Shown one piece after another: positions 51,217 through 60,269 of a DNA stretch of 64,000 nt. The notes below the pieces were generated by a model. The model was not told the origin of the DNA and ran no database searches. It saw only the letters and a list, made by a program, of their open reading frames with translations. Each line of letters begins with the position of its first letter. The stretch's first letter is position 1. The DNA comes from Ktedonobacteraceae bacterium (GTDB taxonomy: Bacteria > Chloroflexota > Ktedonobacteria > Ktedonobacterales > Ktedonobacteraceae): NCBI GenBank assembly GCA_035493895.1, contig DATJHM010000048.1, forward strand, positions 725-64,724, in the 5' to 3' direction. The translations under genes and the position numbers were made by a program.

Positions 51217-52113
51217 TTACGCTCCCCGAGCTTTTTGCAGCATCTTGTTAAAATCGTTGCCACCGGCCTTCAGCACATCATCCTGATATTTGAGCAGAGC
51301 GCCCAGGGTATCGCGCACCGGACCCTCTACCAGTTCGGTTTGACTGAGTGCCAGCAGCGAGCCAATCCAGTCCAACGTTTCGGCAACGCCCGGGGCCTTA
51401 TAGAGATCGAGCGTACGCAGTTCACGCACAAACGTACAGACCTGCCTGGCTAGCTGCTGCGGGGCCTCAGGCATGCGTGCCACCACAATCGAATATTCTT
51501 TTTCAATCGTGGGATAATCGATCCAATAATAGAGGCAGCGGCGGCGCAGGGCATCGTGAATCTCGCGAGTGCGATTAGACGTAATAATGACAAAGGGAGG
51601 CTCTTTAGCTTGGATCGTGCCCAGTTCAGGAATAGTAATCTGGAAATCGGAAAGTAATTCCAGCAGATACGCTTCAAACTCTTCATCGCTGCGATCAAGT
51701 TCATCGATAAGCAGGACCGGCGCACTGGGGTTGGCGGGATCGATTGCTTGTAGCAGTGGGCGTTGCATCAGGAACTCGGGTCCGAAGATCTCTTTGAGCT
51801 CCTCCTGGCCGCCTGCTTTGCTGGCCTCGGCCAGACGAATATGCAGCATCTGTCGTGTATAGTTCCACTCGTAGACGGCAGTGCTGATATCAATGCCTTC
51901 GTAGCATTGCAGGCGAATCAACTTCGTATTGAGCAGAGTGGCCAGAACTTTTGCAATCTCTGTTTTTCCCACTCCTGGTTCGCCCTCAAGGAGAAGGGGT
52001 TTGCGTCGTTTGAGAGCCAGGAATACCGCTGTTGCCAGGCTGCGGTCGGCAATATAGTCATGTGCGAACATTGCACGTTGTACATCTTCAATTGTATTAA
52101 GTTCCTGATCCAA
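51217..52113 (-). CDS. MoxR family AAA+ ATPase, CoxD-like
   Basis: Walker A LLEGEPGVGKT, Walker B VLLIDELDR, 298 aa. Confidence 0.85.
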   Translation of the reverse strand: MDQELNTIEDVQRAMFAHDYIADRSLATAVFLALKRRKPLLLEGEPGVGKTEIAKVLATLLNTKLIRLQCYEGIDISTAVYEWNYTRQMLHIRLAEASKAGGQEELKEIFGPEFLMQRPLLQAIDPANPSAPVLLIDELDRSDEEFEAYLLELLSDFQITIPELGTIQAKEPPFVIITSNRTREIHDALRRRCLYYWIDYPTIEKEYSIVVARMPEAPQQLARQVCTFVRELRTLDLYKAPGVAETLDWIGSLLALSQTELVEGPVRDTLGALLKYQDDVLKAGGNDFNKMLQKARGA

Positions 52114-52317
52114 CGGTAGCCTCCCCAGATGAAACTAATGCCTCAGGCATAGAACGATTGTGTGTTTCTCCTATTTTAAGCTATACAGAAGGGTGATAGC
52201 AAGGTAGCATTGGCGTGCGGCGCGATTTTGCAAGAGATCGATTGTCGTAAGGTCCTGGAAGCGAGGTTCCCTGGTTGAACTTCTTTTTCTCTTGCTCTAT
52301 GATATAAAGAAGATTAG

Positions 52318-53427
52318 ATGGGAGATATAGACGCACGTATGCCAGAACAGAATATTTCGCATGAACCGGGGCAGGAGGATGGCCTGCTCGATCTCAATGA
52401 AATTATGCATCGTTTCGGGATAGACACCTGGGAGAACCTTGGTCCCGATGAAGATGCGCCGGGTCCGAATCTAAGCGTACTGGTGGAGATTGAGGGGCGG
52501 CGCTATGTGCTGCGTGAGCGTCCTGAGGGGATGTTGGAAGAGAATCTCGCGCATCGTTATGATTTTCAGCACTATCTTCAGCAGGCGGGCATTCCTTTGC
52601 CTGCGTTCCATTTGACCCCACAGGGCGAAGCGGCCGTGGCCCTGGGCGAAGACTATTTTGAACTGCAACAATGGAGTGGGGGAGAACGCTTTAGCTCGTC
52701 TGGTCCGCGCAGTCTGGATTGGGTTGAGCATGCCGGTACCATGTTGGGACGCATTCATGTTGCATCGCAGGCATATACCGGCCATATGCATCGCTGGCCC
52801 TCAGAGGTGCATATCGGCGGGATGGTACAGAGCTGGCTTGGTTTAGCGCGTGCCAGGGCCGATGAGATTCAACCGCAGGCCGTTTCTGTCGCGCTCAACG
52901 ATTGGGTCGAGCAATGGGAGGCGGTGCTGCCCGCAGCGATGATGTCGATCGGCTCCAATCGCAATCTGCCGGAGTTTCATATTCATGGCGATTATTATCC
53001 GTTGAATCTCCGCTTCAATGCTTTTGGTGTGACGGCAGTGCTCGGTCTGGAGGCTTCTCATTGGGAGAAGCGCATTTTCGAGGTGGCATACGCCCTCTTT
53101 TCCTTTGGCGCGCTCTCCTGGCAGCCCGATGAGGCATTGACGCATCCCCTCACCAAACGTGGTTTTGAGCCGGAACGTGCTCAGCGCTTTTTGCAGGCCT
53201 ATGGGGAACTCTGTCCACCGTCTCCCGGAGAGGCCGCACTCCTGACCGATGCCTTGCTGCTCATGGCTCCCATCGCCACGATCAACGGCCCCCTGGAAGA
53301 TCTCTTTTATCAGCAGGGTCTCCCTCCCGAAACGCTGATCGATGATGTGATGGAGCGTCTCCATTGGGCAGCCTCGCTTCCCGCATGGTTGCAACGTACA
53401 CGCCGCGCCCTCACGGACATGTGGTGA
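52318..53427 (+). CDS. phosphotransferase enzyme family (APH/CotS-like kinase)
   Basis: YVLRERPEG..., a Brenner-like HIHGDYYPLNLRF (HGDxxxxN), 369 aa. Confidence 0.7.
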   Translation: MGDIDARMPEQNISHEPGQEDGLLDLNEIMHRFGIDTWENLGPDEDAPGPNLSVLVEIEGRRYVLRERPEGMLEENLAHRYDFQHYLQQAGIPLPAFHLTPQGEAAVALGEDYFELQQWSGGERFSSSGPRSLDWVEHAGTMLGRIHVASQAYTGHMHRWPSEVHIGGMVQSWLGLARARADEIQPQAVSVALNDWVEQWEAVLPAAMMSIGSNRNLPEFHIHGDYYPLNLRFNAFGVTAVLGLEASHWEKRIFEVAYALFSFGALSWQPDEALTHPLTKRGFEPERAQRFLQAYGELCPPSPGEAALLTDALLLMAPIATINGPLEDLFYQQGLPPETLIDDVMERLHWAASLPAWLQRTRRALTDMW

Positions 53428-53626
53428 TGATGCACGTAGTTGCCAGATGAACACGTAACCCATAAGTACATACAAGCAACAAACGAAGCAAAGCCCATGC
53501 TGCAAACATTCCTTTACAGGGGAGAGGCATACAGCACCGCCTACCTGTCATGTTGCTTCGATGTGATTCGAGGTTCGTACATGTTTCCCAGACGAATTGG
53601 GGATGCATGATAAAAATTGTAAAAGT

Positions 53627-54067
53627 GCTACACATCCTACACAAAGGTGGATGTGATCGGGATCTTATCCCTACACGCTCCTACACCAGAGCTACATGAG
53701 AGGGTGAGAGGTGAGATGATAGGGAACAGGGATCTTTTTGGTGACGCGCGACAAGATTTTTTTACGAAAATGCTACATATCCTACAGAAATGCCGATGTG
53801 ATGGGAATCTCGCTCCTACACTCCTCCCTACACTAGCTACACATTCCCCATATTGATGCGACACTGACCCATTAGCAGGTGACATCGTTACCATGAGAGC
53901 TAAGAGGGAGGTATTATTGCCTCTTCTGTTATAGATATTCGGCAGGTCGTGAGATTTCTGAAGAGTTGATGCGAAATCTGGCAGCGGCAAGCGAACGCAG
54001 GGCGTGCCAGCGTGGCAAGAAAACGTGTAACTCCGGGTGCGCCGCGTCTTTCTGATGGCATGAAGTG
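53627..54067 (-). repeat. Repeat family X, copy B (inverted relative to copies A and C)
   Basis: The reverse complement aligns with 10577-10969, including the GATGTGATGGGAATCTC, CGAATATCTATAACAGAAGAGG and TTCATGCC blocks. Confidence 0.75.
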
Positions 54068-54107
54068 AGCAACCAGTCCTCCAAGGGGCGAGAGGGGCAG
54101 AGTGGGT

Positions 54108-54145
54108 CGCAGGCACAGTTCCGTTCCACGTCACCGTGCCACTAC
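54108..54145. repeat. REP family d partial arm (CGCAGGCACAGTTCCGTT...CACCGTGCCACTAC)
   Basis: Matches the right arm of the MITE-like element at 46365-46417. Confidence 0.6.
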
Positions 54146-54236
54146 CGGGTTTATCTGTGCGTAAAGGAGAACCTATCTTTGGGGAAGAGTGGTGAGGAAG
54201 TGTTCGTGTGGGCGGCTGTTGGGCTAGCTCTTCCGA

Positions 54237-55865
54237 TCATCCCAGATGGCCCTGAGTAAGCAGGAAAACTCCCAGTATGATCAGCAAGAGGAGGATAGCA
54301 ATCAATAGAATGATGGTGCGGGGACCGATAGCCAGGAATGAACGGTTGGTAGACTGCCCCTGATTTTGTGTAGGGGCAGGCGAATTCTGCCTGTTAGTGC
54401 CTGAATTTGATGGTGTTTGCAGGGATGGTGGAGCCTGAGTGGCCGTAGAGCCATGCCCCGCAGGTCTCGTGCTCGTCTGTTGTGCTTGATAGTGCGCAGG
54501 CGATCCGGCATTGCCTCTCTGGGCATTGCTTTTCTGTGCATGGTTGGCAATCTGCTGTGCCATCACCTGCGGATTGACGATCATCGTCTGGTCTCCCATG
54601 TCAGCTTGAGAGCCGGTAGAGCCAGTGGAAGGGCCAGTCTGCGGCGAATTCGTTTGCGGGAAAAGCGAGCTGCCACAACGTGGGCAGTAGGTTGCCTGCG
54701 GGCTCACTGGCGTGTTACAGCGTGGGCACTGGGTCGTAGAAGGCGCGGTCGGACGCTGGGCCTTATTATCCAGGGAACCCTGTGTGTTTGCTTGCTCTTT
54801 GGCAGCTTGCAGAGCCTCGTAGAGCATTGGCAGATCTGGCTGTGTGCTGTGCGGATCAACATCGCGTGCCGCCCCGGATGGTTGTTGCGGTGCTGGGAAC
54901 GCATTGATCACCTTCTTCAGATCCTGAGACAAATCAGCCACAGACTGATAGCGATCTTTGGATTGCATGGCCATCGCCCGCTGAATGATGCGGTTCAATT
55001 GCTTGAGCAGATCTGGTGGCATTGCGCCTAACTGTGCAATATGGCGTGAATGGCGTGGTGCAGTCCTGGCGGGCCGATTGGAGCCCACGCGGAATTGACG
55101 CCCTCCAACGTCAGGTTTTTCCTCGGGAGGATTATTTGCCAGAAGCTCCTGTAGTGTTGGCAGGTCAGGTTTTTTATTCTGGATGGCTTGATTGCGTGTT
55201 GAGACACTGGGAGGCTCGTGGGTTGTGAGCGCAAAATAGAGGGTGCCTCCTAATGCATAGACATCGGAGCGGGTATCGGTGCCGCTGCCGCCCGGGTATT
55301 GTTCCTGGGGGGCATAGCCGGGGGTGCCCTGGTGGCGAATGAAAAAGAGCGTGCGAGCGCCATCAGCGGCGGCTTTCGCATTGCCCAGATCCACCAGGAT
55401 CGCGGTTCCACTCGAAGTGATGCGGATATTGTCGGGTTTAATGTCGCGGTGTATGACGGGCGGATACTGATTGTGCAGGAACGTGACAGCTTCACAAATA
55501 GAGATGAGCCATTGTAGAATGCGCTCGATAGGAACGACTTCATTGCGTTGCCGGGTCATGCGAATAAGATCGGTCAGATCGTTCCCTTCAATATAGTTCA
55601 GAACGACATAATAACGGCCGCGTTCCATGAATGCATCCTGGAATGCGGGAAGGCTTGGATGATGAAGCTGGCTCAGGACAGTGGCCTCATGCTTTAACTG
55701 TTCTTGCCCGCTGGCTCCTGTCACAAGATATTCTTTGACAGCACATTGCTGGCTGCTCGTGAGGTTAGATGCCAGATAGACATGTCCAAAACCTCCACTA
55801 CCCAGTACCCGCTCGATCCGGTAGTGTCCGTAGAGTATTGTGCCCGGTGGAACCGTTTCTATCAT
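54237..55865 (-). CDS. Ser/Thr protein kinase with zinc-ribbon, low-complexity region and C-terminal TM anchor
   Basis: GSGGFGHVYLA, HRDIKPDNIRI, DLGNA and APQE. The zinc ribbon is CPRCNTPVSPQATYCPRCG, and the C-terminal helix is TIILLIAILLLLIILGVFLL. The ATG at 55865 follows GGGAGG. The ORF track extends to 55913. Confidence 0.85.
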   Translation of the reverse strand: MIETVPPGTILYGHYRIERVLGSGGFGHVYLASNLTSSQQCAVKEYLVTGASGQEQLKHEATVLSQLHHPSLPAFQDAFMERGRYYVVLNYIEGNDLTDLIRMTRQRNEVVPIERILQWLISICEAVTFLHNQYPPVIHRDIKPDNIRITSSGTAILVDLGNAKAAADGARTLFFIRHQGTPGYAPQEQYPGGSGTDTRSDVYALGGTLYFALTTHEPPSVSTRNQAIQNKKPDLPTLQELLANNPPEEKPDVGGRQFRVGSNRPARTAPRHSRHIAQLGAMPPDLLKQLNRIIQRAMAMQSKDRYQSVADLSQDLKKVINAFPAPQQPSGAARDVDPHSTQPDLPMLYEALQAAKEQANTQGSLDNKAQRPTAPSTTQCPRCNTPVSPQATYCPRCGSSLFPQTNSPQTGPSTGSTGSQADMGDQTMIVNPQVMAQQIANHAQKSNAQRGNAGSPAHYQAQQTSTRPAGHGSTATQAPPSLQTPSNSGTNRQNSPAPTQNQGQSTNRSFLAIGPRTIILLIAILLLLIILGVFLLTQGHLG

Positions 55866-56190
55866 AAGACCTCCCTGGAGACCCATAGACTTTCTCGCTA
55901 TGGGGGGAAACAAAGAGGCCAGCTGGCACTCTCTGTTTGATCTTTCCCCTTACGGGGGAGCATTTTTGTGACGGGGAAGGCTCTAACCCCTTCATCTCAC
56001 TCAGCCCGCTTGCTGTATAGGGCTCTCAAGCGCATAGCGAGGCCAAAATGATAGCTTGCTCGGCATTCCGCGTTGCTTTGCAAGCCTGTAATCGCATTAT
56101 ACACTAGTTCAAAGAACATGTACATGTGACAAGCCAGATGTAGGATGTTTTTCCGCAGAGGATTGAAGCGATTTCTCCGACAAATACTTT

Positions 56191-56718
56191 TTAATCCTCC
56201 ACCTGCGGAATACGCTGTAATGGCTGTTTCGATGGAAGAAGACGGGCCTGTGAAAGAAAAGCCAGGTCATTCTGTTTGTAGACTCGTAGATACGTCAGCG
56301 TCTCAGCTTTCTGCACTCCAGAGACTTTATAGAGTTTTTGCGTCAGAAACTGTAAAAAATGATCGCTATCCTGGCATACCACTTCAGCCAGGGCATCAAA
56401 ACGGCCACTACAGAGTATTAAATAGATCACTTCCTCAAATTGTGCTATCTCTGCCATCGCAGCCAGGAGGTGTTCGCCCGCAATATGAATGCCGAGCATG
56501 CTGGCATGACTGAATCCCATTTTCATAGGATTGGTGACGGCTACGATCTGCATTACCTGTGTATTGATGAGATGGGCTACTCGTTGTCTCACACTGGCCT
56601 CTGAGATGCCAAGATCGGCAGCGATCTTGGTAAATGGACGACGCCCATCTAAACGGAGTGCTTCGATAATCCGTTGATCGATTTCATCTGTTACATTTTT
56701 ACTGCTATTTTGATCCAT
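56191..56718 (-). CDS. Lrp/AsnC family transcriptional regulator
   Basis: The HTH region DEIDQRIIEALRLDGRRPFTKIAADLGISEASVRQRV and a RAM-like C-terminal domain. The start at 56718 or 56733 is more likely than 56826. Confidence 0.8.
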   Translation of the reverse strand: MDQNSSKNVTDEIDQRIIEALRLDGRRPFTKIAADLGISEASVRQRVAHLINTQVMQIVAVTNPMKMGFSHASMLGIHIAGEHLLAAMAEIAQFEEVIYLILCSGRFDALAEVVCQDSDHFLQFLTQKLYKVSGVQKAETLTYLRVYKQNDLAFLSQARLLPSKQPLQRIPQVED

Positions 56719-56851
56719 AGGTACACGTATCATATCATGCCTGCCTTGAGGGTGCAATCCTTTGCCGTTTTGCTGTAATCTTGCTCTGATTCTCCTGTTT
56801 ATGCTTACATATAGAACGGAGGACATGTGTCTTTTACGAGGAAGAGAAAGG

Positions 56852-58000
56852 ATGCCCGATCAAATGCCCCCACGCACAGGCTTTGTTTTTGATGAGCGGT
56901 TCCTCAATCATGATACCGGGGTGAAAGCTTCGGTGCAGATGCGAGGTCGTACCTTTGAGGTCTCGCCGGTTGCTCATTATTCGTCGCTCTATATCACAAA
57001 ACGGATCAAAGAATTCTTTGATGGTTCTGGCTTAACGGCACACATGTTTCCTATCCCGGCACGTGCGGCAAGCGAAGATGAGCTCGCCATGTTTCACACG
57101 CGCGAGTATATTGCTGGTATCCGTGCGTACGCCGCGGGTGGCCCTGCCTCTGGACCCTGGGGAGAGACCGATGAGGATACTGTGGTCAGTCCTGGCACTT
57201 TTGAGGCGGCTCTGTATGCTGCTGGTGGTGCCCTGAACGCGGTCGATGCAGTAGTGGAGGGCAGGGTACACAATGCCTATGCCTTGCTTCGTCCTCCCTG
57301 TCATCATGCGACGCGCAATCAGGGGCTGGGCTTCTGCATTTTTAACAACACCGTGCTCGCAGTTCTCCATGCTCGGCACAAATACGGTCTGGAACGGGTA
57401 ATGATCGTCGATTGGGATGTGCATCATGGCAACGGGACGCAGGATGCTTTCTATGAAGATGGCAATGTGTTATTTGTCTCGCTGCATCAGGAAAACTGGT
57501 ATCCGAAGCTGAGCGGCGAACTGGATCAGGTAGGGAGCGGCTCCGGGGCTGGTACGACAGTGAATATTCCCCTTCCTCCCGGCACTGGTGATAGAGGGTA
57601 TCGAGCTGCCTTTGAGCAGATTGTATTGCCGGTGGGCCAGCAATTTCGTCCGCAACTGCTGATTATCACGGCTGGTCAGGATGCGAGCTGGCAGGACCCG
57701 ATTGCGCAGATGATGCTCACGATGGATGGTTATCGTGATCTCTCGCAGATGCTTGTCGATTTTGCCGATCAGGTCTGTGATGGCCGTCTGGTGATGCTTC
57801 AGGCTGGCGGTTATAGTGCCATGTATGTCCCCTATTGTACACTCGCGGCGGTAGAGCCTCTGGTAGGCGTGGATCTGGGTCTGATTGATCCAGATGTGGA
57901 TACTGCAGAGGTTGAGCGGTGCAAGACGGTATTTTCGCAGGATACGCAGCAGGCGCTACTGGCTGCGCAAGCATGGCATCAGCGTTGGTGGAATATTTAG
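56852..58000 (+). CDS. histone deacetylase family protein (acetylpolyamine/acetoin-utilisation-type deacetylase)
   Basis: RPPCHHA, GFCIFNN and DWDVHHGNGTQ motifs. The ATG at 56852 follows GAAGAGAAAGG. Confidence 0.85.
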   Translation: MPDQMPPRTGFVFDERFLNHDTGVKASVQMRGRTFEVSPVAHYSSLYITKRIKEFFDGSGLTAHMFPIPARAASEDELAMFHTREYIAGIRAYAAGGPASGPWGETDEDTVVSPGTFEAALYAAGGALNAVDAVVEGRVHNAYALLRPPCHHATRNQGLGFCIFNNTVLAVLHARHKYGLERVMIVDWDVHHGNGTQDAFYEDGNVLFVSLHQENWYPKLSGELDQVGSGSGAGTTVNIPLPPGTGDRGYRAAFEQIVLPVGQQFRPQLLIITAGQDASWQDPIAQMMLTMDGYRDLSQMLVDFADQVCDGRLVMLQAGGYSAMYVPYCTLAAVEPLVGVDLGLIDPDVDTAEVERCKTVFSQDTQQALLAAQAWHQRWWNI

Positions 58001-58016
58001 CTGCGCCTCTACATGT

Positions 58017-58910
58017 CTATGTCAGATATTCCTGATAGAGAAAGTCTTTGAACGCCTGCGCCGCTGGTGAGAGGGTGTGTCTGTGCCGAATGATGAGCTG
58101 GAAAACACGCTGTAAGGAGAAGTTTGTGACAGCAACCGCTGCGAGACGTTTCTCGGCTATTGCACGCTCAACGGTCAGTGGCGAGAGAAACGCGATGCCG
58201 AGTCCGGCCTCAACAGCCCGCGCCACGCCCTCGCCGCTTGGTAGCTCGAGTACGACATGGGGAATGATACCTGCGGCGGCAAGCGCCTGTTCTACGAGCA
58301 GGCGGGTTCCTGAGCCCGGTTCGCGCCACACCATGGGTTCGCCAATCAACTCCTGTTGCGTAATCGATTCTTGCTGCGCAAAGGCATGTTGTGGGGAGAC
58401 TACGAGGATGAGATGGTCATGCTGATAGGGGATATGCTCCAGTTGCTCATCCTGACTTGAGCCTTCTATGAGTCCCAGATTGAGCGCGCCAGTATGCACA
58501 TGATGAGCGATAGTGCTGGTATTGGCAACCTCTACATGGAGATGAACGCCTGCATGCTTCTGCGTAAAGCGAGCGAGGAGAGAGGGAAGGGCGTACGTTC
58601 CGATCGTCAATGTTGCGCCAAGCCGTAATTCCCCGGCGCGCGCCTCGGCAAATTCGGTCATATCATGCTCCAATGCCGCGACACTGGTCAGGAGATCACC
58701 AGCACGCGCCGCAAGAAAACGGCCCGCTTCGGTCAACTCCGGCTGATGACCAACGACCTCGACGAGCTGTAATTTGAAATGTCGCTCCAGGGCTCGTATC
58801 TGCTGAGTGACGGCTGGCTGTGTCAGGAAACGTTCTTCGGCAACCCGTGTAAAATTGCCCAGCGCGGCCAATCGCATGAACGTTTCCAGCTGGACCAGGG
58901 TCAGACTCAT
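58017..58910 (-). CDS. LysR family transcriptional regulator
   Basis: The N-terminal HTH LVQLETFMRLAALGNFTRVAEERFLTQPAVTQQIRALE, 297 aa. Confidence 0.9.
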   Translation of the reverse strand: MSLTLVQLETFMRLAALGNFTRVAEERFLTQPAVTQQIRALERHFKLQLVEVVGHQPELTEAGRFLAARAGDLLTSVAALEHDMTEFAEARAGELRLGATLTIGTYALPSLLARFTQKHAGVHLHVEVANTSTIAHHVHTGALNLGLIEGSSQDEQLEHIPYQHDHLILVVSPQHAFAQQESITQQELIGEPMVWREPGSGTRLLVEQALAAAGIIPHVVLELPSGEGVARAVEAGLGIAFLSPLTVERAIAEKRLAAVAVTNFSLQRVFQLIIRHRHTLSPAAQAFKDFLYQEYLT

Positions 58911-59013
58911 AGATCACTCCTCTCTATCCAAAGAAAAAATTTGGATAATACTTACAAAATCTACCTGGACTTATCATACCATATACGATACAGTTACTAC
59001 TATAAATTGGGAT

Positions 59014-59193
59014 ATGAACCTGCTGGAAGAGGAGATGATACGTCCGGACCCGTTAGCGCCTGGTCTCGACGGCACCGCTGATGGTGTATTAATGGATGGC
59101 GAAGGGCGTCCCGTACCGCATCTCTGGACGCTCGGTCCTCTGCTGAAGGGACGCCTCTGGGAAATAATTGCCGTGCCAGATATTCGTGGGTAG
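59014..59193 (+). pseudogene. C-terminal remnant of a FAD/NAD(P)-binding oxidoreductase gene
   Basis: Only about 59 codons remain. The ending ...HLWTLGPLLKGRLWEIIAVPDIRG is typical of the C-terminus of FAD-dependent pyridine-nucleotide oxidoreductase-like proteins. No upstream domain is present. Confidence 0.35.
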
Positions 59194-59392
59194 GCTGAGA
59201 AAGTTGCGTTGAGTGTGCTACGCGTGAACGAAAGAGAGTTCGCATGATGCGCTTTCATTTTATATATGAATGCAGCAGCGTTGAAACGAACTGTTTCTCT
59301 GCTGCTGCCTGGCCAATGGACAGAAAATGCCTGGTCATCCAGAGCCCTTCAGTCGACCTCCCTGCTTCTTCAATCTGTATTCTTCTCATTTT

Positions 59393-60130
59393 CTACGCGA
59401 AAAAACCGGACTCCGTGATAATCTCCTGAGATGGGAGGAAGGTGGCTTCGACGACGGATTTGCCTGTGCGTTGGAGATAGTGCTGGACAACACGATAACC
59501 GATGGCGTATCCGGCAAAATCAGGAATGCCAGCTTTGGGCTGCCCCCAGGATGTGGCAATGGTATCGCCGAAGATATAGCCGCGCACCGCATTGAAGCCG
59601 CGCACCTCAAGCGCACCGCTAATGACGCGCCGGGCTGTGGCCAGTTCCTCCTCGTTGAAATCAGTGACAAAGTAGCCGACCAGTTCCTCTCCAAAGAGCT
59701 CAGCTGCGAATGCTTCAGCCAACCCTTCGGCGATGATATAATCGGCAACGGTGACCTGCATGGGCAGGAAGGGCACGATCTTGAAACGGACGTTGTGGTT
59801 GAGCTCATGAACCGATGCTGGCCCGACGCGGGGCAGCGTATAGTCGTTGGTGAGGCTGAGCGAGACCATGAGATAGCCTGGGAGGCCACCAAATCCCGCA
59901 TAGCCTCGACCGGGAAGATTGCTATTGTGCCTGGTGAGGACCACCGCACAGTTGATGGTATCCAATCCAATGCGGGGGGCTACGGAGGCGAATGCAGCCA
60001 CACCCCGTTCAAGTGCAACTGCGAACCTCTGCCAGGCCCCATCATCGGTCAGTCGCCTGACCATGTCCTCAATGAGGGGACGCTGCTCGCCGTCGAAATT
60101 GATCGTGTCCCACTTCTGTGGAATCACCAA
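59393..60130 (-). CDS. DUF2268-type predicted Zn-dependent protease, start uncertain
   Basis: HELNH (HExxH) motif followed by ADYIIAEGLAEAFA. The longest ORF (to 60277) would overlap the divergent DUF4157 gene start, so an internal TTG/GTG near 60130/60127 or the ATG at 60064 is more plausible. Confidence 0.55.
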   Translation of the reverse strand: MVIPQKWDTINFDGEQRPLIEDMVRRLTDDGAWQRFAVALERGVAAFASVAPRIGLDTINCAVVLTRHNSNLPGRGYAGFGGLPGYLMVSLSLTNDYTLPRVGPASVHELNHNVRFKIVPFLPMQVTVADYIIAEGLAEAFAAELFGEELVGYFVTDFNEEELATARRVISGALEVRGFNAVRGYIFGDTIATSWGQPKAGIPDFAGYAIGYRVVQHYLQRTGKSVVEATFLPSQEIITESGFFA

Positions 60131-60269
60131 ACTTGGAAGAGGATGGACCAAAAAGGGAAGAAGGCAGCGGTTTCTGTATACATTGTTATGGTATGATATG
60201 TGCTGGAGGAAATATAAAAAAGATCCTCTCTGGCCTTCTTTACGATGGAGAAACGGCAAGGAGCATATC

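Noticed and set aside
59327-60196. 289-aa + strand ORF antisense to the DUF2268 gene, and the 59919-60269 extension of the DUF4157 ORF.
   Set aside because: The sequence is low-complexity with no recognisable motifs, while the opposite strand carries a clear HExxH family protein. The DUF4157 gene has a strong AAGGAG-ATG start at 60270.
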